Part shown: in pieces, positions 46,177 to 59,793 of the stretch | How the letters are laid out: every line of letters begins with the position of its first letter | Numbering within the stretch: the stretch's first letter is position 1 | Source: Psammoneis japonica | Taxonomy: Eukaryota | Direction of reading: 5' to 3' | DNA: 64,000 nucleotides | Assembly (NCBI GenBank): GCA_008632985.1 | Contig: QPGO01000011.1 | Location: 620,001-684,000, forward strand | Position numbers and translations under genes: made by a program | The notes under the pieces: model-generated | Databases searched by the model: none | Seen by the model: the letters and a program-made list of their open reading frames with translations, nothing else | Told to the model about the DNA's origin: nothing

Positions 46177-49100
46177 TCACATGGTATTGTTCCCCCCTTC
46201 ATTATTGTCGCTGCTATTGCCACCACTGTCGCCCATCGCACGAGCGAACAAACCCAGCGCCGAAGATTGATGTTGCGAGGCCGCGGATGAGTTGGAGCCC
46301 GTCGACGACGGAGCAGACTGTCCCAAGTAATTTGACAAGTGTTCGAGTGCAGCAGCCGAGCTTCCGCTTCCTCCTCCAAACCCATGAAGCATCCCCTGGC
46401 GCACGGTTTCAAGTCGTTCTGCATCACTCTGATGCAACGACGCTGGAGCCCCTCCAGCACTAGCCTCCATTTGCGCTAATGCACTTCCGCTAAGAGATCC
46501 AGGGTTATTAATGGCGGCGATATTCGCCATGGCTGCAATGTTCGACAGCTGAGAGCCTTGTGCCACGGCGTAGTGGTGATGGCCTGCCTGTCGCAACAGG
46601 TGCATTTGTGCAGCTGGAATAAAAATAACAGGAACTTTACGTTAGCGAACAAAATAGCAGTAAACACGTGTAGTAGCAGAATTCCTTGTACGTACCGTCC
46701 ACCCACTCTCTTTCTTGCTGATGTTGTTGCTGGTGGTGGTGTTGCTGAAGCGCAGCTGCCTGCGCAAGCTGAGTAGGAGAGAGCCACGGCATGAGGGATT
46801 GTAAGTTCATCACCTGTTGTTGGTGCTGATGCTGTTGCAACATTCGTCTCGCTTCCGCTGCAACGGCATGCTGTTGGTTCAGCATCTGAGATTGTTGGGC
46901 ATGAGCCCAAAGATGATCAGCGGCAGGGTGAAGACCATGAGACGCAAGCCCTCCCATTTCCCTTGGATCTTCGTTCTCCATAACGACATCATTACCGGAT
47001 TGGATTGACGGAGGCGGTGTTGGTGCTTTTGACGGGTCTCCGATATATCGTGAATCCCATCCCGGGGTCGAGTTTGCACTTGCATCGTTAGCCATTTCAC
47101 CAGGATCGCCCATCCTCTCCGACCTAGCAAGATTGTGGGATTGTGCATCAATCACGGCCTGACTCTCGGCGCGCTGTTGCTTAGCCAGCTGTTTCTTGTT
47201 GCAGTCGTACCAATAGTTCTTAATCTGAGCAGTTGACTTGGTCCCAACGGCAGCTTCCAACAGTTCCCAGTTTTTCCCTGTACCGCGACACAGATAAACA
47301 ACATTAGCATCACTAGTAGTGTAGTGCGCGCTGTAACATTGCGGCTGGCTGATTTTGCAAGGACAATCCATGAATATAACTAGAAAAACGGGACTTACCA
47401 TGTTTCCGTGCAGCCTCTGCAAAGCGCTTCTTTTCCTCTGAAGTCCACTTTTGAGGAGCCTTGCGAACCGACTCTGGCTTCTCAACAACATCTGCTTTTC
47501 CGCCTGTATCTGAAAGATCCATAGCGCTACTCGTTTTCGACATGGGAGTGTCAAAGTCGCTGGAGGAAGTCCTACCGATACCAGACAAGGACACTTCTGA
47601 TACCGTTCTTCTCAGAAATCGGTCTTCGCTCTTGTCCAGTACACAAACGGTTCCAAACCGACGCCTCTTCTTTCTGTCCATGTTGTTCTCCATTTCTTCC
47701 GTTGCTGACAAATCAATAGTCATGTTCTCGAATACTTCCAGCCTCATTGGGTGGAGATCGTTTGTTGTAAATGTCATGTCATTGCTGGGCAATGATATGT
47801 TTACCGGTCTCTCCTCACTGGTTCCAGCAGTCACGGTGGCCCCAACCGACAAGGCGGCGTGAACGGTTGCATCCCAACTTTGATGATCACCGCGACGCTT
47901 CCGACGTTGCGTATGTTCCTTGAGAGCTCGTTTGTACGGAACAATCTGCTTGGAATTGTAATAAAAAGCAATGCAATCCTTGGTGGACTTGTTGCGTAAG
48001 AACGAAGCAATCTTTTTAAAGTCCTTGGGATGCTGAAGGAAACGATCCAAAAAGATGCACTTCTCCATGTCGCTCCAGCGGTTTATTATGTACTGCTGCT
48101 CATTCGTCTTTTCCATCATATCAGGAACAAAGCGACTTTTACACGTGTTGATATACGTTGGAGTCAATTCCTAAAATGATACGAAAAGAGAAGAAAAGAT
48201 GCATGAGAGTGAGAAATCAGAAACCCTAAAGAACTCGTTTCGTTCCTCTTCCATCACAATACGTACCCTTTCCACATCGCACACTTGTCTAGGAAGTTTG
48301 GATGCCCCATGAGTAATACGTCGTTCCATGGCTTCCTGAGCCGTGATTTGATCAATGATTTGCTGTTGTTCATAATCCGACCGGACAACATCCCCCGACG
48401 ATGTCGCTCCCCGTCTAGCTCGACGGTACGGATTGGACGACGCCCGCGCCGCGGTGGTAATGCCCGTTTCTCGCGCCTCGGGCTTTTTCTTCTTCTTGGC
48501 ACCCATAATGGACGTGCTACCACCGCCAACCGACGACAAGGCCTTGTGGTTGGGATGATGGTGCTTGTGATGGCTACTGCCACCGGCTTTTGCATAAATT
48601 TCGTTTCGACCCACGTACTCTTCCGCGAGTTGTGTCCAGCGTTTCTTAATCCGTCGCTTCTTGTCGCGCACATGTTCTGTCACAAGCGGCTTGATTTGCT
48701 CGTAAGTCTTGGCGTGATGCTCGTAATAGGGATTTTCGGACGGTTCCGTGTAAAGTGCATTGGCCTTTCCCGTCACGAGTCGCGCCATGTTGTTCCATTC
48801 CGCGTCGCTGCGATTCCGTTTGGTTTCTTCCAGAGTCGCGCCCGTTGCGGGTTCCACGTTTTCTGTATAGGGAATAAAGAAATCCAACGTTTGCTTGTGT
48901 GCCGTCTGAGCCCGTTGTTGGTTTTCGGCCGTGATGCGGGCAACAATGTCGGACATGGACGATTCGGGTGCCAGTTCCGGCACAGCCGTCGCTTGTTGTA
49001 GCTTGGCATGGTATTCTGCTTCGGCCTTGCTCGCGTGGCCCTGTGCCTTGCTGGCGGCACGCTCCGTCTTGGCAAGTCTCTCCTTGACCGATGCAATCTC

Positions 49101-51239
49101 CGCCTCCAACTCGGACGACATGTGCTCGACTTGCTTTGCAACTTCAGCCTTGGCGCGGTCTTGTTCTGTTTGCTTGAACTTGGCAATGCGTGCCTCGAGT
49201 TCTTCTAAATCTTTTTGTTTTGACTCGGCCCGTTGCTTTTTCTTCTCCTCGACTTGTCGTTCCAGCTCTTGTTGCGAATGTTCCATGGCGGCAGCCTCTT
49301 GTTGCTGCTTTTTTCTTGCTTCCTCTTGGAGTCGCTTGCGTTCCTCTGCTTGTCGTTTTTGCTCTTGCTCTTTAGCTTCCTGTTGGATTGCCTGGTCCAA
49401 TTCACTCTGTACTCGCTCCACGTTTCGTTTTGACTTTTTCAGCTTGACATCAATGCCAGCCATGGCCTTGAGAATGCGTTGTTTGGATGGAAGTGGGAGT
49501 GACGCTTTTTCATTCATCGTTTCCACAGAGGATGATGTAGAAGAATCCGCCACGAGTGCATTCAATTGTCGTACCGCCTTTTCCGCACGAGCGACGCTTT
49601 CGGGACTTCCCAGGGACGCGCACGTTAGTGGTGACGGTGGTGGTGGTGCTTGTGGTTTTGTTTCCACTGGTCGTTCGGGTGAGGCTTCCATCTTCTTTTC
49701 TTGTACGGCAGGTGTCGTCACAAGGGGTGGTTTGGCCACAGGAGGAGCTGACGCAGGTTTGGGTGGAGCAGATGCCCCCGCGAGTAATTGACTGCTGGTG
49801 AGCGGTGGCGGATGCGATGATGCTGGACCATAATGGTGTTGCATGGGCTTGGTGATTGGTTCTGCCGAAACAGAAGCGGCAGCTGCAACGTCGGGCTGTC
49901 TTGGTGGCGGAGGAACGGCTTCGTCGGGACGAGTCGGAGCAGCATTGTTGTCTTGTGGTATTCCTCGCGTGTCTTGCAAACGGTCTTCAGTAGGCGGGGG
50001 TCGATTGTACATGGGGGGACGAGCCGCTTCGTCCTTGAATGGCGGACGGGGTGGTGCAGAAGTACTAGCGTCCCACGACCAGTCTTGCTGTTGCTGTTGT
50101 TGTGATGCAGCGGCAGCGGTAGCAGGAGGACCAAAGGACATTTTTCGTCGAGCGCCGCTGCCTCCTTCGGTAGGCGATCTAGGATGCCACGTGGACCGAC
50201 GTTGTTGTTGTTGTGGAACACCAATTCCTCCTCGTGAAGGTAAAAGAGGCGCATTATCCGCCATGCTACCATAGGACGTAAATCTCCGTCGTGGTGGTGG
50301 AGGTGGACTGCCTCCCTCTGGAATGGATGAGAGAGAATCCTCGTTGACGCTACTACGAAAATCAGTAGTGGAGGAATCGGCAGATGTATTTCGATTCATG
50401 CCGAGACTGGAACTCCGTGGCATGGGTCCATCGGGTCGATTCCCAAAACTTGTGCTTCGTGGTGGAGGACCGGGTGGTATTGGTCCAGAAGCATCGTCAA
50501 GAGGAGGACCAGCGTTGCTATTGTTGTTGTTTGGGATGTTGAGACTGTTGCTTCGTTTGAAAGTTGGACGATCTGTATTTCGAAAGGAGGAAGGACCGCG
50601 TTGTTGCTGTTGTTGTTGTGGTAGCGGAGTATCACGAGGAAAACCTCTTCCACTTGCACCAAAACTTTGCGATCGAAAACTGTTTCGATTGGGTCTTGGC
50701 GGTGGTGAGGAACGCAAGGCCCCACCGCCGCGTCCTCCAAAATGACCCGGCCGATTGTAATCGCCGCCACCTCCGCGTCCTCCGCCGCTAAAATCCCGAT
50801 TTTCTCGAAAAGACGATGAAAAACTAGAACTGCGACGATTCGGTGGTCCAGACGAAAAGACATGATCGGGTGGACCACCACCACGTCGAGGTCCGCCGCC
50901 CATGGGTTGTTGTTGTTGCTGCTGCTGTTGTTGTTGCGGTGGAGGTGCGGCAGACGGAGGTTCGTTGGGAGGAGGCGCTTCGGCCAAGGCTCGAAAACTA
51001 AAATTAGTAGTATTGGCAGGAGGAGGTGGTGGTGGTGGAGGGAAACGACCACCGCGAGGAGGAGGTGGTGGCGGCGGAGCATTCATGGGTGGTGCAGAAG
51101 ACGAGGACGGCAAAATCTCTCCAATCTCGCCTTCTTCTTCTCCAATTTCTCCTTCTTCGACATTGTGAGGACGACGGCGAAATCCACCTCCACCACCACC
51201 ACCTGGACCTCCCATTCCACTGTTTGCCTTCCACGACAT
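46177..51239 (-). CDS. NCoR/SMRT-like double-SANT corepressor (~1587 aa); exons 51239-48267, 48170-47399, 47277-46696, 46613-46177
   Basis: SANT1 WSDMEKCIFLDRFLQHPKDFKKIASFLRNKSTKDCIAFYY resembles the NCoR deacetylase-activation domain. SANT2 WTSEEKKRF...GKNWELLEAAVGTKSTAQIKNYW; upstream coiled coil; three in-phase GT-AG introns. Confidence 0.85.
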
Positions 51240-51647
51240 GGTGTTGTTGATAGAAAGATGACACAGACCGGTGTTGTATGTGTTTGCTGTTGTTGATGCT
51301 GTATCGCTGTTGTTGATTGTGGTCGATGCAAAAGAGGTGCGTGAGCGTTGTACGAATGCGTAGAAAACACGTAGGACTTGGTATCCCATAAGTAAGTACT
51401 GGTGCACGGACACCCGTTGAGAAATTTACTTAGCATCATTCTTGAGCTTTCGCATCAAATGTCTCTATACAAAATCAACTGATTTTGCACCCATCAAACG
51501 ATGAGGAGTGTTTGGATCGTTTTGGCGCGCAAAACAAACACACATAACTCAGCAACACAAACAACAACTCACAACAGCACCTTGACATTGCAACAGAGAG
51601 GAGAGAGCCATACCCGATTGCTCACACCTCTCTTTTGCGTCTCAATC
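51240..51647. promoter_or_regulatory. Putative bidirectional promoter between the NCoR-like and HDAC genes
   Basis: 408 bp separates the two divergent start codons; function inferred from geometry only. Confidence 0.55.
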
Positions 51648-53148
51648 ATGACTACAAGCAATCGCGTAAGTTACTTTTATCACGGTGACGTCGGTCATTA
51701 TTACTATGGCCCGGCCCATCCCATGAAACCCCACCGTCTCAAGCTCGCGCATCACTTGGTGTTGAGTTACGGTTTGTACAAGCAAATGGATTGTTACGAA
51801 CCTCATCCCGCATCGATAGGAGAAATGACAAAGTTCCATTCCGACGATTATGTCAATTTCCTCTCGAGAATCACTCCCGACAATTTGCGTCAATACTCGA
51901 ATCAGATGCAGCGTTTCAATGCCGGCGAGTACACGGACTGTCCCGTCTTTGATGGGCTGTTTGAGTTTACCCAGCTCTACACGGGCGCGTCGTTGGACGG
52001 CGCCATTCAACTCAACAATGGCGATGCCGACATTTGCATCAATTGGTCCGGTGGATTGCATCACGCCAAGAAATCAGAAGCGTCCGGCTTTTGTTATATC
52101 AACGATATCGTTCTGGCCATTCTCGAATTGCTTAAAAAGCACGCGCGTGTCTTGTATGTCGATATTGATATCCATCACGGCGACGGAGTCGAAGAAGCCT
52201 TTTACTGTACCGACCGCGTCATGACGTTTTCCTTACACAAGTATGGAGACTTCTTTCCGGGAACGGGACATATCGACGACGTTGGTGCCAAGGAGGGAGA
52301 AGGCTTTAGTGTCAATGCTCCGCTCACCAGTGGCATGACGGATGAGGCCTACAAGAACCTATTTGACCCGTCATGGAAAAGATTATGCAAATCTTTCAAC
52401 CCGGTGCCATTGTGTTGCAGTGTGGTGCCGACAGTCTTACCGGAGACCGACTCGGTTGTTTCAATCTCACGCTCAAGGGACACGCCGAGTGTGTCAAGTT
52501 TGTAAAGGTGAGAAGAGAGTTGATGGTGAAGTTGTGCTTGTGCTTACCTTACCGTATGGTATGAGTCACTTACCCCATATGTCTATTTGTTTCCCTCTCT
52601 TTATACATTAGAGTTTTGGTGTCCCCACGCTCGTTTTGGGTGGCGGAGGGTACACGATTCGCAACGTGGCTCGCTGCTGGGCGTATGAAACCTCGGTCTT
52701 GTTGGACGCGGACATTTCCAACGATATCCCCTACAATGACTATTACGAGTACTACGCTCCAGACTTTGACCTTCATCTCAACCAGAACCACGAGAGAATC
52801 TCAATACGGCAGAGTGAGTAGATAGCTCTGTACAATACACTTGTTGTTGTTGCTGTGCATGTGTGTAGTTTATTTTTGTTGAAGATGCCTCACTTGTTCT
52901 ATTCTTTGTTTTTGTTTCTACAGAAGCTTGGAGACCGTCCAAAAGGACTCTTGAAACAGCTTCAGGATCTTCAGGGAGCGCCTAGTGTTCAAATGCACCA
53001 GGTTCCACCCGAGTTTGATTTGAAAAAGGACGAAACTACGGCCGAGGGCATGAATGACGGAGGTAAGGACGACAATGTTCGTGGAGGCAAGGCATCGGGT
53101 GTGACCAAAAAGCAGCATCCTGCAGAATTTTATGATGCCGTGGACTAA
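51648..53148 (+). CDS. Class I (RPD3-family) histone deacetylase, HDAC3-like; introns at ~52508-52611 and ~52814-52923
   Basis: [45 protein letters not shown] and GGGGYT motifs. YTGASL resembles HDAC3. An apparent 1-nt frameshift at ~52368 is probably an assembly indel. Confidence 0.93.
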
Positions 53149-53396
53149 ATCTTTGAGAGAGACAGGGTCCAACGTGCCAAAACGGGGATGCGCAACGACC
53201 AATGGGAGGGTTCTGAAAAGGTGGGGCCTTGTGTTGAAGTAGATTAGCACCTGTGTTTGTCAACCGCGTCTCTCTAATATACGATGTAATAGCTATTGCG
53301 GCTACGACAAAGTATCATCTATATTGGTATCCTTATTACTGTCAGATAGAACGTGTTCTTGATAAAAGCGGTCAAGGGCGGACGCACCCATTGCAG

Positions 53397-54240
53397 TCAG
53401 TACGTTTTCATTATGAACTCCAATCTTTGCCGTTGCTTCAACTCCAGCCTTGTCGATTTCACTCGTGCAGACAATGGATATGTGGGATATGGACTCTTCT
53501 TTTCAAAGGCAAGAGCCTCGTCTTGGCCTTGAAACTCCCAATCCGGATGAAAGGGTGCAATCGTCACTTGATTGCCAAGAGCATTCACATTTTCTTCGGC
53601 TTTGTCCAAGAATGCATCTTCCAACTCGACAAACCAATTGTAGAAGTCTCCAAAGGAATCCCAACCCTCAAGGATTGTTACAAAAGCAATGGCAACCTTT
53701 GCAGAAACGTTCCCTCTTGTACTCTATGTAGTAGCTGTTGGGAAGCAACGCGGACAGCATTCTCCATGGTTGACTCGTCGGCTGCGACATATATCGCAAT
53801 CGCGTCAGGCGTACTAATGGAACCAGCAGTCCAAGGACACAACTTGAGTGGTTCGACAAAATTGGTACACCATCGCATGGTTGTTTCACAGCTTTCTCGA
53901 CATTTGAATGATTTCGGGGACGCGCTTTTGTTAGATACGACCGTTTGGAGCTTTACCCATTCTTGAGATCCATCGTCGGCATTTACAAGTTGTTCTTGGA
54001 TCCATACAGTGGGAGATATTGGTGTATTATTTTTGCGTTCTTGACTCTTATGGAATCTACATTATCGTCAAAGGAAAGCGCTCTTCTGGACGACGAGGCT
54101 CTTCTGAAACCATGCCGTTCAATCTGTCGCGTGGCTCTCTCACGACGACATGCCGATTTGCTAGTTTGAGTCCAGGCAAAAGTTTCGTGTAATATTATCG
54201 CCGTAAGAATAGAAAACCACGTAAAACTCATACAAGGCAT
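53397..54240 (-). CDS. DUF1415-like protein with N-terminal signal sequence (frameshifts and/or introns unresolved)
   Basis: WCTNFVEPLKLCPW and QVTIAPFHPDWEF...KKSPYPT motifs. Confidence 0.65.
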
Positions 54241-54759
54241 GATCTACTTGAAAGAGTCTCTTTTACGAAGCAAACGTAAAGGGTCGGTGTTGTAAATCTC
54301 GCCATCATGGACCGTCATGTTCGTCGGTACATCTTTTCTGTTATCGCACAGCTATGGTCTGACTCATTCGACTACATCTTTTCTTAGTGGGCGGATGAGG
54401 ACGACGTCTGTTCTCAAATTCGCCCTTGAGATGCATGCAAATCAATCCTGATGTAAAATGTTGTTAGTCCTTGCATGTCATTGCCATTGGCATCTAAAGG
54501 ATATGGCATTCTGGATTGAAAGTCACGCGTCAATGCGCTCTGTTCCACCCGTGATGTGCTTTTGCCTGTCAGACCCAATTCGCAGTCACCATGTCACTCT
54601 TGCGACTGTCAGAGATTCAAGACAAGATTCAGCAATGGCAAATGGTGGCTGTAATTCACGAGATAAAATCTGACATAATCGAATTGCTTGAAACATCTCA
54701 CTCTAACAGAACCATGTGAAACATTCATGAAAACTTCTTGAATCTCTAGAAGACATTTC

Positions 54760-55792
54760 CGAAACTTTTGATCATGCGCGGCTGGACTTTCTCACATCCT
54801 CCACGTCTCTCAACCACGAACCAAGTGCCGCACTGCAGCAGGCAAACTCGATGCGTTTCAATGTGGTAAGATGCAATGAAAGTCTCTCTCCAGAGCTGGA
54901 CAAGGGTGGCCTTCTTCATCCTCAGATGCTCCCAGGGGAAGAAACTTTGGCTTCCGCCTGAAAACCTTTGCATGGTTTTCGAAGTCTCGCACGACACTCG
55001 TCCACCTCGGGACAACAGGGATTGATGCGGAAGCGTGTTTTGAGTTGCTGGAAGAAGTTGTAGAGTCCCACAAAGGTGGCGCCTGTTTGCAGAGACTCCA
55101 TGGCATTGAGCAACGCTGCCAGGGCCACGGTGGAAGCCTTGCACTTTACGAAAAAGCATTTGCAGACACTGAGCTCCATCAAAAAGCGCACGAGCTCAAG
55201 CACGTCATGACGCACACATGGTGAAAAAGTCGACAGAGGGAAAATGAGCATTGGATGGCGTGCAAGGTCACATGCGGTGGGTTGATGCACGTGCCACGAA
55301 AGCATCCAGAGAGTGACAATTTCCATCTCGGCCATTTGCTCCAGCACAAAGGTGCTTTTCGAGATGCCAATCATGCAAGTCATGGTGAGAGGCTTTGGTT
55401 CAGAGAGCTTGATGGCGAGGTGCAGAGTCATCATTGCTGCCTTGTCGTTTGTCCATGGCAGTTGTTGACAGATGCCGGTCGAGGAGTGACATGGAGATGG
55501 CAACCGTCTGCCATGAAAAGCCGCAAAAGTCCACGAGCTTGCAGGACCACTCGCAGATGTTTTCCCTCCAAAGTTCATTCATGCCACCAGAGGAGCAGGC
55601 TAAAGAGGAGGTCGTAGAGGAACTGCTGTCAACAGACTCGTCCTCGTTGGCTGATGGGTTCTACACATCCGGCACAGAGGTGTCTTGTGCCAGCTGCCGC
55701 TGAACTTCCGGTTGCAGGCAGTCTTTGCATCCACAATGCTCCTCCTCCTGCTTTGGCAGGCTCTGGAGCTGCTCTGCAAGGTCTGCCATCAT
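54760..55792 (-). pseudogene. Diatom-type cyclin pseudogene
   Basis: Cyclin-box motifs WRENICEWSCKLVDF...VAISMSLLDRHLS, TLHLAIKL, MAEMEIVTL...LSWHVHQPT and RFLMELSVCKCFFV, with frameshifts. Confidence 0.8.
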
Positions 55793-58700
55793 TGCACGAG
55801 TTGTGGAGGCGACAGCAAAAACAGTGATGATCGTGAAGAGAACATGATCGGAGCACCAGCCGCAGGATTCTACGAGGGCGCGGCACTTCGATTTTCCCGC
55901 CAAAAAACTCTTGGAACGCATTTTGTGCATGGCACACCAAAAAAGTCGTCATCTTTGACGATTTGCGGTCATCAGACTTCACCTCATGGGCAACCTGCGA
56001 TGAACAATGAAAAGAATCATCTTGCACCATGTCCCAACCAATTGGTTTGTCGTTGCAACGTGCTCGTTGTCTGCGTTGTCGCCAATGCTGACTTCTGACG
56101 CTGGCTGATGATGCCCCTGACCAGGAAATGGCTGACATGGGGCACACATTGAAGACCACATGTCGCACAAAGAGCAAACACATGTTTCACTTTCCTCATG
56201 CACAAAAACAACAAAATGCAAAAACTGGCTGCCAGAGTCTGCAACTTGCAGCATGGACAGCACAGCACACAGCAGCGCTGGTCAGGAACAACAATGACGA
56301 CCTTGAATGAACAATGTCTGTGGCACAACCGCAGTGAAACCAATCCATCCGAAACACTTTTTTTTTTTAATTCAGTGTTTGTTGCTTTTTCTGCAGTGCT
56401 TCTGTCCCCAATGGTTGTCATGCCCGTGCCCTCCTCTGTGTGGCTGTGCACTCTGGCAACAGCCATCCAGCCAAGTGTGCATCATCACAGTGCACAGCGC
56501 AGCTGTGCAGCCACAACACAATGACCCAAACCAGCACCTCTCTGGGGCAGGTGAACCCTGTTGAGATTTGGGTCTGTGGTGGTGTTCTGGCACCCCTTTC
56601 TTGGAGGAGGTGGCAGGTGCCCTGCCCCGCCGTTTGGGCACCAGCAGGGGTCATGCACCTGCCAGCCAATCTTTGTGCCCCTCGGCAGCCAGCAACCTCC
56701 TTTTTGGCAGCTGCCTTGTGCACATTGTTTGGAGATGAGAACAAACTCATCTGCCAGTTGCACTCAAGGATTTCCACAAAGTGGCAGACTTTTGCAGGCT
56801 GGAAGGATGAAAATGAGTTGAGTGCAAAAGGCACAGGAGCAGATGTCATGAAAAGAGATTGGCGGCCTGGGGGCTTCTGTCTGAACATGGCTTTTCAACC
56901 TGCAGCTGCCATTGACTCCATTGCAGGCTTTGCCAGTGTGCTGATGATGCTTTGAGAGGGCTCAAAGTCAAAAAATGGCTGGACCAAACAGTGAGCAGCA
57001 TGCCACCACATGTGAGCTGTTGATTGTTTGCACTGTGTTTGCAGCAAGCAAAAGAACTGCCATCACCACTTGCTGCACTGCAATTGCCCAACCATTGCTG
57101 CTGCCCCTGTTGACAGCTCTTTGTCATCTTTGGCTCACACAGACTTGCTGGCACAGCCCCCCTTTTTGACAATGGCGCCCATTGGCAGGAAAAACAAAAG
57201 AGTTGAGTGGGAGGACTGAAGAGCACAAGCAAAAAGAAACACAAGAAACATCATGCCTGGAATTTCCTGCAGGCGCTTTCCATGCACCGCCAATGCCATT
57301 GAACACACACAGAGGCACATTCCACCAATGACAATGATTTCATTCTTCAAGCCACTGAGCTCAAACAAAAAGATTGTGCATTGCAGCCCAATCCCTTCAA
57401 AAACAAACTTCTCAATCAACAACGTGCATTGTTTTTGCTTGTTTGCAACACCACTGAGCTTCTGTCAATCCCCTTTCTCCATTTGATGCATGGCTGAGCT
57501 GGGGATCATTGAGTAAAAAAATTGTCTTTTTCTGCTGTTTTCTCACAAAATTGCACCCCTGCTGCTGTCATGTGAGCACTGCAGGGGAAACAGTGTGAAA
57601 GACAGTTTTGCTTGATGTGGTTGTGTGCCATGAGGCACACAGCACCAGACAATTTGAGGAGAAAGTCAAAAACAAAGAGGTGCCCCCTCTTTGAAAGGGC
57701 AAGCTCCTTCTTGACATTTGTTGAGAAAACACCAAACAAGTTTTGCACAGTGGCTCCATTGCTGTCTGGATGAAATTGGCTCCAGCAGGTTTTTTGGCAA
57801 GAAGCATCTGCATCTTGACCAGAACATGCACACAGAGGACCGCACCTGGGCCTGCATTGCTCAATCATTGCAAAACAAGGTCCTGGCAGATGAATTCTCA
57901 AACTGGCCAATTGAAGCACCATGGTCACCCACTCTGTGCAATGTGCAACAATGTGACTTTTCTGTGAACAAAATGTGTGCCAGACAGGCCACCCGAGTGT
58001 GTTGCTTGCACCCCTGTCATTTTTGACAATGCAAAGAAGTGTGCAGCCTTTCACAGCATGCAAAAGGTGGTTGTTGGATGATGGGTTGCATGAGGGCAAA
58101 GCACACTGAAGCACAAACAAATGGCATTTGTCAACTTTGCCATTGACAGGCCATGATTTTCCAGCTGGTTTTTGCCACTTCTTGCTCTTGATGTGCACCC
58201 CTCATTTGACTTTTCACATTGCCCACATTGTTGCCCATGCAACAAACTGAAAACACCATTGCCAAACACCCCTGCCGCACATCCCTGGGAGTGGCTTGTT
58301 TGACAAGAAAAGACATCAAGAGGCAGTTGCTGAGTGCAGCACAGCCCTGGCAAAAAGCATCTTCTTTCTCAATGTGAGCTCCTTTGACAAAGTGCGCACT
58401 TTAAAAAATGGCACACCACTCACATGAGGCACAAAACATTTTGCACAGGACAAACTCTTGTTTTGTTCACAAGCACAAAAAAATGTGCAAGACTGGGCTG
58501 AGAAAGACATGATTTTGCCAGCTGCCCCAAGCCCTGGGGGCAGACCAAGCAGGCTTTTTCATCCAGCAGTGACAGCATGGCTGTGAAGTCAGTGATGACT
58601 TGATCTTGCCACTGTGGCTGTTGTCACAGCTTCACATAAATTGGTGCAAAACAGCACACCTGTGATGTGGCACAAGCAGCACAATTCACACAATTGCAGC

Positions 58701-59140
58701 TGAGCCAATGGAAGCCACCGGAGAGCTCATCAATGGCTGGGTGTCGCTGAGGATGGCAAGAAATGTGGCACACATCTGCGTGTGTTCTGGTGTGTGCTTT
58801 TGGTTTTGTGCCCCTCAGTTTTGATTGTGTGGTCCTTCATTGTTCACGTTGCATCTCTGTCACTGCAGGTGGTTGTGCGCTTGCCGCTTGTCATGTCCTT
58901 CTGACTCCCTCTGATTCGATCATCACAGAAACGCGGATGGTTTTGGTGGTGGTGCATCAAAGATTTCTCTGGCAGTGGAGCTGTGTGCGTTTCTACGTGG
59001 GTGCTCACTGCCATTTTTTGCATCACCGATCACCGCACCGCGGGACCAGCAACCAGCGACCAGCATCACGTGTCACCCGGTCACATCACAACAAAGGCTG
59101 GTCGCAATTCGTGAAGAAGGTCTCATGTGCAAACAGAAAC

Positions 59141-59793
59141 ATGAGTGACAAGGCTTGTGATTGCGGGGTGATTGACCCTGACGGAAAGCCTGTTCCTGGA
59201 CAGGTGGTTGACAGCAACATTCATGCGAGTGGAAAGCAGGGTCACAAGTGTTGCGGCGGTTGCTGTGACATGCGCCGTGCTGTCATTGTCGTCAATGTCA
59301 TTTACATTGTCTTTTCCTTGTTCGGAATTCTTTCTCTTGCGGCTCTCAGCGCCGTTGATCCCAAAAATTACGATGACGACTCAGTCAAGGAAGCCATGAC
59401 GGGCATCAACGGAGAGGGGATGATGGGTTTTAGGATTGGCGTTGTCATGATTGGGGACATTTTCAGTGTTTGCGGCATCGTGGGTGCGGCCAAGCACAAC
59501 ATTGTGCTGGTGTGGGTGTGGGTCTTGCCCCCTTCTGCATTGAGGCGATCCTGGCCATTGTCACCCTTGACATTGCCAGCTTCCTTGTGGCGGCATTCTT
59601 TGCATGCCCTCACGTTTTCTTCATCCGGGTGCGAATTTTGTGTTTTCAGCTTCCACTGAATCCCCACAAGTGACCTTTCTCATTTCACACGTGCTTGTTT
59701 CTACATCGTTTGCTCGTTTCGCAGGAGGTCAAGATGGGAATCATGTCCAAGGAGAGCTGCATCAACAAAGAACAGTCCTGCTGCTGTGTCTGA
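59141..59793 (+). pseudogene. Multi-pass membrane protein gene (CCGGCCDMRRAV...SCCCV type), mutated; intron 59629-59724
   Basis: GHKCCGGCCDMRRAVIVVNVI, FFACPHVFFIR|EVKMGIMSKESCINKEQSCCCV*; frameshift near 59515. Confidence 0.65.

Noticed and set aside
52360..52380. Frameshift in the HDAC gene (also in the DUF1415, kinase-like and SBNO genes) read as pseudogenisation or programmed frameshifting
   Set aside because: Single-base indels, at least some in short homopolymers, in otherwise conserved genes fit assembly error better; needs read-level confirmation.
56000..58700. Identity of the element(s) in the core of island D (also 5.3-6.7 kb and 30.8-32.4 kb)
   Set aside because: Too degenerate to assign by eye; would need TG/CA-reverted profile searches.
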